From NCBI GenBank assembly GCA_001662655.1, contig KV460252.1: a DNA stretch of 64,000 bases; one strand, given 5' to 3'. Shown piece by piece: positions 1 to 13,076 of this stretch (positions within the stretch are counted from its first letter, which is position 1; the number at the start of each line of letters is the position of its first letter). Source of the DNA: Pseudogymnoascus verrucosus. Its lineage: Eukaryota. A program made the position numbers and the translations under genes. Under the pieces are notes generated by a model, which made no database searches, was not told the DNA's origin, and saw only the letters and a list, made by a program, of their open reading frames with translations.

Positions 1-1
1 G

Positions 2-274
2 GGCTCAACTCCACTGATGCTCGCCATTAAATTTTCTCGTGATTATGGCTGCAATCGAGTGTTCTGGGAAATATCACGAATGCTCCTCTTGACAGGGAAG
101 GTTGATATTGATCGTTATAATAGGCGCACTACACTTCATTCACTTGCTGAATATTATGGAACAGTCGAGCTGGTAAGATTAGTGGAATGCTTCTATCGAT
201 GTAGCGGAAGTCAAATGGACGAATTGAAGGACTTGGAGTGGGATGGCAAGGAAATGCCACAAACTCTGCAGTAG
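2..274 (+). CDS. 3' end of an ankyrin-repeat protein (truncated by the window start)
   Basis: Frame 2 reads GSTPLMLAIKF...EISRMLLLTGKVDID...TTLHSLAEYYGTVELVRL, which contains an ankyrin-type TPLxxA...LL motif. Stop codon at 272-274. Confidence 0.6.
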   Translation, partial: GSTPLMLAIKFSRDYGCNRVFWEISRMLLLTGKVDIDRYNRRTTLHSLAEYYGTVELVRLVECFYRCSGSQMDELKDLEWDGKEMPQTLQ

Positions 275-805
275 ACCACGGGAAACTCGAGGGATTCCAC
301 ACTTGTTATATCAATTCCGCTTGGTGGACCACAAACCCATCTTGGCCTGCCACCTAAGTCATTTCTGACGCTATCATGGTAAATACTAGGATCTGTGCAA
401 CACTCTGTGTACCATTTTAATCGTCACTAGCGAGAGATTTTACATCTGCGGATAGTTGAACAGTTTAAATGTGTCACAGTACCTAGCCAGCTCCAGCTGG
501 GTATAGTATGCGACGGCTGCCCCACCGCTAAAACAGTATGAGAATGAATCAAATATCTCAGCATTTCTCATACAAAAACTGGTGGCGTGTGCCAAAGCAC
601 AGACTTTAGTATTTCCCACCCGAACTGCCCATATTCTGTGATGCAGCCCTGAGGTCTAATAATTAAATATCTAATACTTGCATACAATCAGATCTAGACA
701 TGCAACAAAGACCGCCCGTGTCTTCGCCTATCGAGTTGAATATTGCTGAATCCTAATGGGGGGTATATTGTAGTGTTGGGACACGGATCCGTTCGGGGTG
801 TCGAT

Positions 806-2318
806 TCAAGCGAAATTTGTGATATTCGGTATAGACCCAGCCAGATTTATGGCTGTATCAGAGTCTGGGTGGACGAAGAATGCAATGGCAATAGTAACAT
901 AGCTGAGAACGAAATCATTATTAGGCTAGCCAAGGAAAGAAGAGGGTGGCGAGGTACTTACGTGCCGATCAAAAGCACACCTTCAAAGTAATTGGTCTGT
1001 CCGTCACGAACCAGGCAGTTCACTATGAGGACTGACATGGTGAGAGCAATGGTTTCGAAGGTGTCGAACTGCAATGTCATGTCTTTCCCAATGATCCAAC
1101 CTACTATCACCAAGAACGGGGTAACGAACAGTGATATCTGTAACGTACTCCCCACAATGACGGAAACTGCAAGGTTTATCTTACCAGTCCTGGACCATTT
1201 AACCGTGGCGACGTAGCATCCCGCATTCCCAACGATGGGCACGATGATGAGACCGATAAAGCTGCGACTGACACCTAACGCCTCGACGAAGCCGTCGACA
1301 CTGTCGATGAGATAATCGGAGCAGACCGCCACACCGACAGTCGCAAGAATAAGAACCGTGCTGCTAGACCAGGTGCTCAACTTGTCGCTTTGCTCGTCCT
1401 CTTCCTCTTCAGTGAAGAGATGACTGTGGGTATAAGACTGGAAGAATAAATACAGCAGGTAAAATATGAGGAGGATTATGGATGTGGTGCGGGATAAGTT
1501 CAAGATATAATCGTTTGGATTATGGTTGGAGTCATTAGACCCGGGATTGGCGATATAGAGAGCGGACGGAATGATGAGAGAGGAGCACGAAATGATCATC
1601 AACGACGTGAGAATGCCGGCAATGTCAATGTTGATGTCAACCGTTTGCTTTCCCACTCCGACACAAAAAAAAGATGTACCAAGAATCTAGAGACAGGTGT
1701 CAGCGCGGATTGGGAGTGACCAAAGCAGTGGAGGGAAGCCTTACAAGCAAGATGGATGATAGAATACTGCCGATCATACTCGACTGCACAATGCTTATTT
1801 CCCCCTCCTTGAGAGCACTTATGCCAACCTGAAGAGACAAAGTCAGCGACGAAGGAGTCATGGGTTTCTGGTGAAGGAGTCTGCGTAGGGGCAAGAAAGC
1901 ATACTATCATTTCCACGGCATTGCCAAACGTGGCATTGATCAATCCACCAATGACCGAGCCAAACTCGGCTGCCAGTTGCTCAGTCGAGAAGGTCAATAT
2001 GGAGGCGAGCGGGAACATGGCCAGGAAGTTGAGAGTAAACACGGCGGCGGGGCTCCAGCCGTGTTCAGCGGCATATATACCGAGAGGTACGCAGACGAGA
2101 AGGACATTTGAATAGCTGTACCGGATCGTAGCACTCAGCGCGTGCCATGCCTCACGAGAAACGCGCAAGGACACATGTTGTCGATTTCCCCCCGAAACTG
2201 GCTGCCACTGGCTGGTCTGGTCTTGATCTTGAGCGTGCCGCTGTCCATTGAGCAGAGGCATCGTGTCGGTCGGGGGCGACGGCGATTGCGCTTGGATGGG
2301 CGACGCGGGATTAGCCAT
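806..2318 (-). CDS. Ca2+/H+ exchanger, CAX/Vcx1 family (paralog A)
   Basis: Inferred exons 2318-1905, 1828-1745, 1686-962 and 902-806, with GT-AG introns in frame. Alpha-1 repeat GGLINATFGNAVE, GSILS, acidic loop TEEEEDE, alpha-2 region PIVGNAGC, GSTLQISLFVTP. Confidence 0.92.
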
Positions 2319-3315
2319 GGCACAAAATTGCAGTGATCAAGAGGTCTCAAAGCCCTTGGGAAGCAGTGCTGAGCAATTGCGATAGTTCACAACGCAGGAG
2401 GAGATCTGAGGTTGTTGTAAGGTTGATGTCAAAATGTCAAAAGCATAACTGCAAGGTAAAGCTAACGTCCTCAGCCTCGGGGGGGAGGGGGTCTTGCTGC
2501 CCCGCCGTTCTTCACCTAGCCTAGTGCCTTATGGAGGTACTGTGCCGGCAGGCACTCGTGCTGTGCTGTACTCCGTAGTCCTACTTTGTACTGCTCTACT
2601 ATCACCCCCTGTATGATTGTAACGACCTGGAAAAGTATTGCTAAAGCTTGGCAGGATCGCTCACTAGAACTGGACGTCATTCTGCCTAACTTGGGTGCGG
2701 TGGAGTAGTAAAAACAGTAGATCGTTACAATCATATAGGGAGGGAGGATAGGATTAGTAGTTGGTCCCGACGTGGCCTACTACAAAGGTCCCTGTCTTGA
2801 ATCCTAAGCAGTATTTAGGCTTGAAATAGCCCATAAATAAAATTCGGCCTAACAGAAGCAATCTATCCAATAGAATAGCGATGCAACGATCATCTCCACC
2901 TGTAAATGAAAACAATGACACTAACGGCTGGTACCGTTTAAAAAAAGTGGCACAAGCCGTTTCATACGGGGCTACGCGTACGTATACGGTAGAAGTCCCT
3001 ATACTACAGTCACTGCTAGAAAGAATAGCCAAGCGTAGGGTTATGAATGTCGGTCAATTATTGTGTAATATCTGAAGCTGACGGGAATCGGCACCTGTTG
3101 GCTGAATACTACATCGCTAGCGTGCTTGCGTTGTTACTCTACATGTACAGTTCAGTGTTCAGTACGTAATTACAGTACAGCTCGCGAAGTGAAGCGTTCT
3201 CAAGGACACAAATGCGAAGAGCCTCTATAGCCGCCACTACTACACATCCAACGTCAACATCGCATACAAACTTCCTATGACGAGGTAATACTGTCTGTGC
3301 AATAGCAGCTTTGCC

Positions 3316-4909
3316 ATGAACCCCGAGTCGTTGGCGACAACCCGACGCCGTAGCCACGCTCGTTCTTCAAGCCCAACAATGGACCCCGTTAATGGGGCTG
3401 AGGCTCCCATATCTCGCCCTGGCCCTCGCTCTTCTTCCAACTTGGAGCCGCAGGGTGGGTTGCTGCGCAGAATCAACTCCCTTCCGGTCGCTAGGATATC
3501 AAGGACCGCAACGGCGTCGCTATTTACGCGTACCGAGACCTGGGGCGATGCAGGTCCTTCGCTCAACCATAGTTATGGGCCGGCCAAGGGGCTTCTCGTC
3601 TTTGTCCCCATTGGTATCGCTGCTGGAGTCTGTGGCCTACCTGATGTGGCTATCCTCATCCTCAACTACCTGGCGTTGGCGTCCTTGGCTCCCTTCATCA
3701 CCTTCACCGTCCTGGGGCTCTCTAATGGCGTGGGAGTCTCGAGTGGCCTCCTAAGGGCTATCTTTGGAAATGCCACTGAACTAATTGTAAGTATGGCCTT
3801 GCCTCCTAGTCCACGCTCTACCTCGATGGCCATCTAACATGAAATTTCTCGACAAGATCAGCATTACTGCTATGTGCTATGGCCAGTTCCAGCTTGCCCA
3901 GGGGACATTGATAGGGAGTACCATATTATACTCCCTTTTTGTAAGGCCCATTCCTTCGTTCTGCCTTGCCCGCTCTAACTTTAGGAAACGCTAGGTCTTA
4001 GGTGGCAGTTTCTTGTGCGCCAGCTACGGCAAAGATCATCAAATGTTTAGCAAGACTCGAACGGGGGCCATGTCAGCTCTTGTCATGGTCGTGTCCATTT
4101 GCCTCACCATCCCGACCATCATGTCTATATCGAACAAGGAAAGCGTACCACAGGAGGGCCGTCAACGCAACATGCTAATACTATCTCACGGTACTTCCGT
4201 TGTCCTCTTCTTCCTCTCCATTTCGTACCTCGCATTCCGCTTCCAGACTCACCATAAACTGTTTAACCGCGACCATGGGCCCACGCGTTCATTGACCGTG
4301 CTTCTCATGCAGCCAGAGCACGTTACCACGAGCCCTCTCATCCTGGCTTTCGGCTTCCTAGGCGCCATGGTCTGCGCTGGGATCTGCACCAACTATGTGA
4401 TCCGCAACATTGACCTTACGGTTAAGATGTTGCACATAACTAAATCTTTCGCTGGCCTGGTTCTTCTGCCGCTGGCGGGTAACCTTGCGAAGTCCTTCAA
4501 CATCATTAGGAATGCGAGACAAGAGGGAAATATTTCGCCCAAAACGGCGAACAACTTGGACTGCGCTATACGATTAATCATGACAAATATCCTGGATACC
4601 CTGCTGTTTATCATGCCTCTCTTGGTTCTGTTAGGTTGGATCATTGACAAGCCTATGACGATGCAGTTTGGCCTTTTTGAGACCGTCGTCTTCCTCCAGT
4701 CCATAGTCATCATGACATACTTGGTACAACATGGCAAGACTACTTATTTCGAGGGTTTTATGCTCATTGGAACGTAAGCATATTTTAGATTTTTCTACCA
4801 GCTAAGACGCCCTTTTCATTAACATGTAACCCCTAGATATGTCTCTATCGCTGCCGCTTTCTATGTCCGCCCTGACGTAGCTGAAGGCGGCACCAACTCA
4901 TGGAAATGA
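3316..4909 (+). CDS. Divergent CAX/Vcx1-family exchanger (paralog B)
   Basis: Inferred exons 3316-3786, 3857-3940, 3995-4773 and 4837-4909. Motifs GLLRAIFGNATE, LPLAGNLAK and TYFEGFMLIGTY. Its three intron positions match paralogs A and C. The start could instead be ATG 3379. Confidence 0.88.
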
Positions 4910-4941
4910 TGGGTATAAATAAAAGTAAGGGAAGACAAAAG

Positions 4942-6405
4942 TCAATTATATGGCTCAATAAAAATAGCCAGCGCGATAACCGTGTACCTAAGATAATAAA
5001 GTTAGCAAATGGCATGCAGATTTTATCTTCAAAACCACATGAATGACTGCCTTACATTGACAAGAGCATGATGCCATGGAAATATGTGTACTTTCCATCC
5101 TGCAGCACCTGGTTCACGCTCAAGACAGCCAGGAGGAGGATGTAGGTCTGTGACGTCTCGAAGTAAAGGTCCATGGCGCGGCCCATGTACCAGCCGATGA
5201 CCACGAGAAAGGGGAGGACAAAGAGGGCAATCTGTAGAATGCTCCCTATAATGACCCCAATGGCGAAGTTGATCTTCCGCTGCTTTGAGGCCGCAACCAC
5301 CTGCGACAGCTCAGGGGCATTGCTAGCCAAGGGGATGAGAAATATAGCGATAAACGTCTTAGTGATATGCAAGGATTTGGCAGTCTCGTCGAGGCTCGTA
5401 ATAAAATATTGCGTGCACTTTGTAATCAATGCCGCCGAGATGATTAAGATGGCGACGGCTGAGTAGACCTCAGACACCGACGGCGTATCGTCTTCCTCCT
5501 GGCTTTTAATAGCTTCTCTGGTAGCCTCGTCAATCTGCTGTTGCTGGGGGTCCTCAATGCCATCTCCATGTGCCTCATGATGGACGTCGTCCTTTTCGTC
5601 GAGAAAAACAGACGGGTGAGTCCAGAGCTGGAAGTACAAGAAGATGACATAGATGAGCAGTAGCACAACGGCTGTTGCCCGCGAGAAGGACAGGATCTTG
5701 TCATTAATATCCTCGCCCCCCTTGGGGAGGGTCGAGTACAGTATTGTAGGCAGAATGAGCGCCACGGCGGCGACGAGCATCAGCGACGACAATGCGTCGA
5801 CTATAGCGGCGTTGACAGAGAGGATGCTGGTGCCGTGGGCTGCGGCAATGAAACAGCAACCTTGAACCTGCAAGAATAGAATTAGAGGGTGAAACTTGGC
5901 TGCGGCCAGATTGGAAGCGACTGACGAGGAGAATGTCTGAGAGGATGCTACCCAACATGGTCGACTGTGCAAGCCTTATTTCGTTCTGGTTAATGGCCAG
6001 GATGCCTACCTGCAATCCGAATTAGCAACTCTTAGGTGGCGTTTAGTTTAGGTAATAGCTAACAATTAACTCGACGGTATTGCCGAAGGTGGCATTGACT
6101 AGGCCGCCGAGCAGCGAGCCCCATCGATTCGCCAGAGTGTCTGAAGCATCTGAGATGAGAGCAGACAACGGTATGATGGCGAGGAAGTTGAACACCGATA
6201 CCAGTACCGCGTTCCAACCAAGGAATCCGGCAATAAAGCCCAGTGGCGCGAAGCCCAGAAGCACTTTGATTACGATGGGTTGCTCAGCGACCTGCCGCCC
6301 GGCATCGACAAGCAGCCGCCGCCATCCCAGCTCAACATCCTCTCGATGAGCACGACCGCCGCCTAGCTCGGCGGAGTCGTTGAGGAAGGGATCGGATTCC
6401 GACAT
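4942..6405 (-). CDS. Ca2+/H+ exchanger, CAX/Vcx1 family (paralog C)
   Basis: Inferred exons 6405-6064, 6009-5926, 5867-5056 and 4987-4942. Motifs GGLVNATFGNTVE, GSILSDILLV, PLASNAPE and GSILQIALFVLP, plus a long acidic His-containing loop. Confidence 0.92.
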
Positions 6406-7442
6406 GGTTCGATCCGTGTCGTAATTGATTAGAGGGAAGAAGAAATCAGTCTCTAAAAAAAAGTTCGTGTCGGTGGTGACACTATCTGAGTTGCTAGCAA
6501 GCTGTATCTGGCTGGAGTTGCAAGATCGATCACAAGGCTGAGACGGGTTGAGCCGCAACAACACCTCTAAACTTTAGTCAAATGCCATTTAGAAGCTAGG
6601 GAGCTGGAGCTGTCAAACGCGCCGGGGGACTGCTTATTGGAGAGTTCTGTCCCCTGGTTTGTGCCGCCAAAGCTACCTAAGAATAGTGCAGTGAATATTA
6701 ATGACATTTACCACTCCACCCGCCAAGTTAAGGACGCGTAATCCTAGGAGCTAAGCCAGTCAGAATAGTGGGGAGTACAGTATCCTAATGTAAATCTTGA
6801 ACGACGGGTCATTTCCACTGGACGGTACGGTACATGACACTTGCCGAGGACGAGGGGTTTTTCGTACAGCGCACAGTACAACGAAGAATCCTTCGTCCTT
6901 AGCTTTAGGGGAAAGGTGTTGCTTGTTCACAATTGGCTGAACATGAGGACGACGGGGGGATTTTCATTCCTACGGGTACTTACTTCAGAGACTGACTTCT
7001 TACCGGGTAGCTCCTCCTTACCTCACGGAAATATCCCTACGCTAATGCACGTGCTATGAACGGGGTAGGTAACCCCTACCTTAGTGAATACGGAGTAAGA
7101 TTATGGACGGATTTGTTTTGTATGGTCCATGGGAATGGATTCGTGAAGTTGCGAGACTTGGCTGAGGGAAAAAAAGGCGAAAAGGCTGAAATATAACTAC
7201 GAACAATTGGCCGACGAACAATACCTACCGATGAGCTGCTTCTCCGTATTCTAATTCTTAGCCTTCTGTCGTCCTTAGCATATTATCATAGCTGTTTGGC
7301 CTGGGCTATCTTCAACAACGACGACGTAGCACCAGAACAGCAGACTCTCCTTATTGCAGTCACCTGCACCCTGCACCCTGCACCCGACATCGAGACCTTG
7401 CTATGCTTTCGCCATCCACACAGTAGCAGCGTCAAGTGTTCG

Positions 7443-10400
7443 ATGGGGATCTCACCTGGCCATGACGTCGAGTCTAGGCTGGTATCCTTTGACACTCCTC
7501 GGAGACCAAAACCACCCACGATAACAGTCACTCCAGGTGTGAGTTTGCCCACATGCGCCTCTTGTCTCACTCCACCCTGTCTCACTGCATCTTGTCTCAC
7601 CCCGTCCTGTCTCACTCCATCCTGTCTCCCTCACCAGACCATCTTACAGGCCTCTCAGGATGACCGCGATAGCTCGTCGACGACGCGTCTAGCAACGGCC
7701 TACGATGCGCCCCAACGCGTTGTCGCCGCCGATAATGCCTCGCAGCCACTTTTGGGACCTGGCACAGGGCGCGGCCGAAGTTCTTCGTCGTCCTCTTTTG
7801 CGTCGTCGCTCCGGCCTGACGCACCACCCAGGCGCATCTTTCCTAACATTCCCATCGATGCGTCAGCGTCAGGCAGTCTAGAGCCTTACCCTCGCTCGCC
7901 TTCGTTACACGATGGGTCCTCGACCACCACCATGGCTCCAGTATTCTCTGTTGGAAGATCGCGTGCATCTTCGGGGATAACTGTGATCAGACACGGAGAC
8001 AACGACAACATTCTAGCGCCTGGTCCTGGTAAAAGAGTTTCTTCTCACACCGAGGATAACCCGTTTGCGTTCGGCCCTAATGTGATCGCCGAGATGATTG
8101 CTTCAAAAAGCCTCACGGAATTTCAAGCGTTAGGTGGACTCGCAAAGCTAGCACAAGGCCTGCGGACAGATCTTTTGACTGGCTTGAGCCTAGATGAGGC
8201 ATGGCTACACGGCACTGTCCGTAGCGGGTCAGCGTCGCTAGCTACGGCGGCGAGACATCAAGAGAGTTACCAGGTTTTGCAGGCTAGGAGGGCTGTGTAT
8301 GGGACGAATCGTCTCCCAGACCAGAAGACAAAGGGCATCTTCGAGCTCATGATTTTGGCACTTAGCGACAAGGTCTTAGTTCTTCTCTCCGTTGTCGCCA
8401 TCATCTCTCTGTCCCTAGGTCTGTATCAGGCTTTCGGGCAGCCTCATAAGCCGGGCCAGCCACGTGTCGAATGGGTGGAAGGCGTTACAATCATGGTTGC
8501 TGTTATCATCGTCGTCGTCACGGGGGCCTTGAACGACTATCAGAAGGAACGACAATTTGCTCAACTTAACAAGAGGGTGAGTTATTCTCTAATCTCATGA
8601 CCACTCTCACTCCGTGACTATATTACTGGTATAACTTAGAGTACTAACATTTGGATGTAGAAAGAAGATCGCATGGTCAAAGCAATCCGATCGGGGAGGT
8701 CGGTAGAGATTTCCATATATGATGTCCTCGCAGGTGATGTGCTGCACCTAGAGCCTGGAGATCTTGTCCCAGCAGACGGTATTCTAATTTCCGGTTATAC
8801 TGTTCGATGTGATGAATCTTCCATGACTGGAGAATCCGAACAGATACAAAAAGTCGCTGGGGACGAGGCCTTGGCTAGATTACATACGTCCGGAGATGTA
8901 GACAGCTTAGATCCCTTCATCATCGCTGGGAGCAAGGTTTTGGAAGGAATTGGCACCTACATTGTCACAGGCGTCGGTATCAACAGCACACACGGGCGAC
9001 TGATGATGAGTCTGACAGAGCGTACCGACGAAACACCATTACAAAAGAAGCTGAGCATAGTGGCGGACAAAATTGCCATAAGCGGAGTGGCCGCGGCCGT
9101 TACCTTGTTCGTTGTTCTCACAGCCAAGTTCCTGAGTCAACTTTCAGGAAGCCACGACTCTCCGTTTGAACAGGTCCAGGCGTTCCTGCGAATATTCATT
9201 GTCTCGATCGCCATTGTTGTTGTAGCTGTCCCAGAAGGACTACCTCTGGCTGTCACACTAGCACTAGCAATCGCTGTGACACGAATGCTGAAAGATAACA
9301 ACCTTGTGAGGATCTTGTCGGCTTGTGAAACGATGGGAAATGCGACTACTGTGTGCTGCGACAAAACGGGGACCCTCACCACGAACAGGATGACAGTTTG
9401 TGCGGGAACTGTAGGCGTTGCGGGTCGGTTCTTGGATGAGGGGAGTCAACCAGGCGGTAGCGAATCACGACGTGGTTCTGTTCGGCCTAACTCATACAAC
9501 ACCATGGAAGGAACAGCAGGGAGTTCCGCTTGGAAAGATGGGGCTGTTCCGACGGGGACGTTTTGTTCTCTGCTTGCCTCAGATGTCCGAGATATCATGG
9601 TGAAATCCATCGCCATAAACTCCACTGCCTTTGAAGGCGAGGAAGACGGCAAGCCGGCTTATATCGGTTCGAAGACCGAGGCTGCACTCTTGACATTCGC
9701 GAGAGACTGGCTGGGAATGCAACCGCTCGATGTGGAACGCGAAAACGCCGAGGTGGTCGAAATTTACCCATTCAACTCGACCAGAAAGTGCATGGCTGTT
9801 GTGACACAGCTGCCCAATGGCTTGTATCGAATATATCTAAAAGGAGCGCCTGAAATTGTCTTGGAGAAGAGCAGTCGAGTCATTTCTAAGACAACTTCCC
9901 AGCTGAGCGAGAACGTCAATTTGACAGAAGATAGACTTGAGGTGCTAACGGGAGCCATCAATGAATATGCTTCTCAGTCGTTACGGACTCTTGGCTTCGC
10001 ATACAGGGACTTACCATCATGGCCTCCCCTAGGGGATGGGGTGGGCGAGGTGCCTTTCGACGACATATTTGCCGACATGACGTTCGTAGGCGTCCTGGGA
10101 CTCCAGGATCCACTCAGACCTGGAGTTGAGGCCGCTGTTGAACTGTGCCAGCATGCAGGAGTATTTGTAAGAATGGTGACCGGCGACAGCGTCAGAACTG
10201 CTCAGGCGGTAGCAAGAAAATGTGGCATTCTCACGGAATCTGGTGTTATTATGGAAGGCCCAGATTTCAGAAAATTGTCCGTTCCCGAGATGGATAGCAT
10301 ACTGCCGCATCTGCAGGTGCTCGCAAGATCTAGTCCAGAAGACAAAAGGATGCTTGTGAAGAGGCTGAAGGAGCTAGGAGAGACCGTAGCTGTCACAGGC

Positions 10401-11673
10401 GATGGCAGTAATGACGGCCCAGCTTTGAGAGCGGCAGATGTTGGGTTTTCGATGGGTATCTCTGGCACTGAAGTTGCCAAGGACGCATCGTCGATCATTT
10501 TGATGGATGACAACTTCTCGTCGATTGTTAAGGCAATTGAATGGGGTAGGACGGTCAACGATGTGATCAAGAAGTTCCTCCACGTTAGTTTACATATGAA
10601 AGAGTGGAGAAAATCTTGACTAACATCAATCACAGTTTCAACTTACGGTTAATGTCACCGCAGTCACGCTCACCTTCGTATCTGCGGTTGCAAGTAATAA
10701 GGAAGAATCCATACTTACCCCAGTTCAGCTGCTTTGGGTGAATCTCATTATGGACACCTTTGCCGCTCTCGCTCTCGCCACAGAGCCTGCGAACCCAACT
10801 GTTCTCGAGAGGGAGCCAGAGAGGAAAACAGCACCACTGATCTCGCCTACTGGCTGGAAAATGATCATAGGGCAAGCTATATACCAACTCATTGCCGTCA
10901 TGCTTTTATATTTTAAAGGAAACGAGATGCTCGGATATACGCAGCCGGAGGATATGGAAAGACTCCAGACACTGATCTTCAACGCTTTTGTCTGGATGCA
11001 AGTTTTTAATCTCACCAAGTAAGCTATTAAATGGGGATTTCCGAGACTCTTCCAAAGCTAACTATGCGCTAGCAACCGTCGACTCGACAACAAGCTCAAT
11101 GTATTCAGCGGCATCCTCCAGAACCCGTTCTTTATTGCAGTCAATATGGTCATCATTACAGGTCAAGTTCTCATCATATACTTTGGGGGCAGCGTGCTCG
11201 CTACGACACGGCTCTCTGCAAACGAGTGGGCCATATCTCTTCTCATAGGATTCGCGTCTCTTCCCGTTGGCATGTTACTTCGTCTCACTCCCGACGCATC
11301 ACTCCAACGAATCTTCACCTTCCGGGTGGGCACGCAGAGGTCAAGGGAGACTCGGGCATCGGAGGCTTCTGAGGGCGACCAGTGGCACCGCGCCATCGAG
11401 AATGTGCGTTTCAAGCTTGGTTCTAGAAGACAACCCCGCAGCTCGCGACTGGAACGTCTGCGACGTGGGATTTTACCCTTCGTCAAGGCAAAATTATTTG
11501 GAGTGGCCCAGGATGATGACGGAGAGGTAGACGAAATAAGCCCTTTACTTCCTTTTAATAGTAGGCAGGATCTCTCACGGACAGGTTCAATTTGTGCACC
11601 TGCTGCAGCAGTCATGGCAGGCATTGTCGCAGGGGGAGTGGCTGGTTGGCCACGTATACCAGATGAGACATGA
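7443..11673 (+). CDS. PMC1: PMC1/PMCA-type (P2B) Ca2+-transporting P-type ATPase
   Basis: Inferred exons 7443-8576, 8661-10583, 10636-11018 and 11073-11673. Motifs TGES, VPEGLPLAVTLALA, DKTGTLT, KGAPE, TGD, GDGSND and QLLWVNLIMDTFAALALATE. The start codon is uncertain, and this may be a paralog rather than the main ortholog. Confidence 0.93.
7561..7630 (+). repeat. 15-bp coding tandem repeat, (CLTxx) x5
   Basis: TGTCTC(AC/CC) units start at 7563, 7578, 7593, 7608 and 7623, encoding CLTPP CLTAS CLTPS CLTPS CLPH. Confidence 0.85.
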
Positions 11674-12205
11674 AATTTAGATCTGTACTCATAAAATTTT
11701 CTTTTGTTCTAGAATAGAATCATCTGCTTTCTCATATTCGGCGTATTTGCTCGAACGTTTCTACCATGTCCTTATATTTTTATACAAGTTTCTGATCGTG
11801 ATGATGTAGCCAAAGCTATATTTGCGGCTAAGATGCATGTGTGATTAGCTCAGCGGAGATCCGTGGCTAAGCATTTGCGATCGGCTTGGCGATCGGCTTG
11901 GCGCCCTGTCACATTTCCAGGGGTAGAAGGTTTCGAGATTGAGCACGCGTATACTCAAGGTTTCAGTGCGTGAAGGCCAACCGAAGGGGGAAGGCGACGA
12001 AGCGACCGATCGTTTCCTCTCGAATTCGGTGGCGAGACATTGTGAATTGAGGCAGGCTCTGGGTCTATATGAGAGCAACGGCGTGCATTTGGTGGACTCG
12101 ATGGACAATGATAGCTAATGGTACGAGTTAGTTGGGGAATCCGAGAGTGACGAAGATTCTCCGCGAGTTTTGGTCAGCCTTCGGTTTAGGGCGACAAAAA
12201 AAAGT

Positions 12206-12557
12206 CAGCCTCAGAGAAAAAAAAGTGGACGCATTATCAACTATCCGGGCCCCCATATGATTGTAAAAATCTATTGTTTTTACTGCCTCACTGCAACCAA
12301 GTTAGGCAGAATAGCGTTCGATTTTAGTGGACGATCATGCTAAGCTCTTGCAAAACTTTTGCGGGTCGTTATAATCACTACAGGGGGGAATAGCATATGC
12401 TCGACTAATACAACAAACACCTTATCTAGTCACAACCCGCCGCTGGCCGAGCCCGCGTGAGGCTGTGTCGCTCGTGGCATGTCACTATGAGGGATTTTTC
12501 GGAATTTTATTTTGAACCATACTAGAATAATGTGCCATTTTATATATAACCAGCCTC
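12206..12557. promoter_or_regulatory. Three Crz1/CDRE-like GAGGCTG sites upstream of FET4
   Basis: CAGCCTC at 12206-12212, GAGGCTG at 12459-12465 and CAGCCTC at 12551-12557. The motif is short and function is unproven. Confidence 0.35.
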
Positions 12558-13076
12558 CTCCAGCCATGATAGAGTTCATTTATTCCTCACTCACAGTCTT
12601 CCATCTACACACCGAGATTCGATTACAGAAATCGAATTCATTAAACACTGTGGGTTTTGCCAGGCTTAGTTGGATGCTACTTTTGGTGTATTTGATATGT
12701 AACTGACAATATGCAGAAAACGAGATTGAACAGGAGCAGAGACTCCTGCGAAACGCTGGCGACTATCATCTCTTCCCATGGGCTAACAGGCTTCATCAAG
12801 CCTGTTGGCGAGCTGCTAGAACCCACCCGACCACCATAGGATGAAGGTTAGCCTACTACCACCAGAAGATAGTCGAAAAGGGTCCCTCTACTAACTCATC
12901 TAAACCATAGGATAGATCTAATCTTCCAGTTTACTACTTCCTAACAACCATTTTCAGAATCGTTTACTAGACCATCGAGCTGGGCAACTCAACGAGCACC
13001 AAGGTCGGCTCTGCGACCATTACTCTCTCCTTCATAACCAAATCGCGGACCGGCACGTTTCTCTAACGCGCAAGCA

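Noticed and set aside
7296..7442. N-terminal extension of the ATPase ORF from a TTG start
   Set aside because: It is a non-ATG start. The first in-frame ATG is at 7443.
11845..12108. 87-aa minus-strand ORF between PMC1 and FET4
   Set aside because: There are no motifs. It includes a 12-bp duplication and is likely non-coding.
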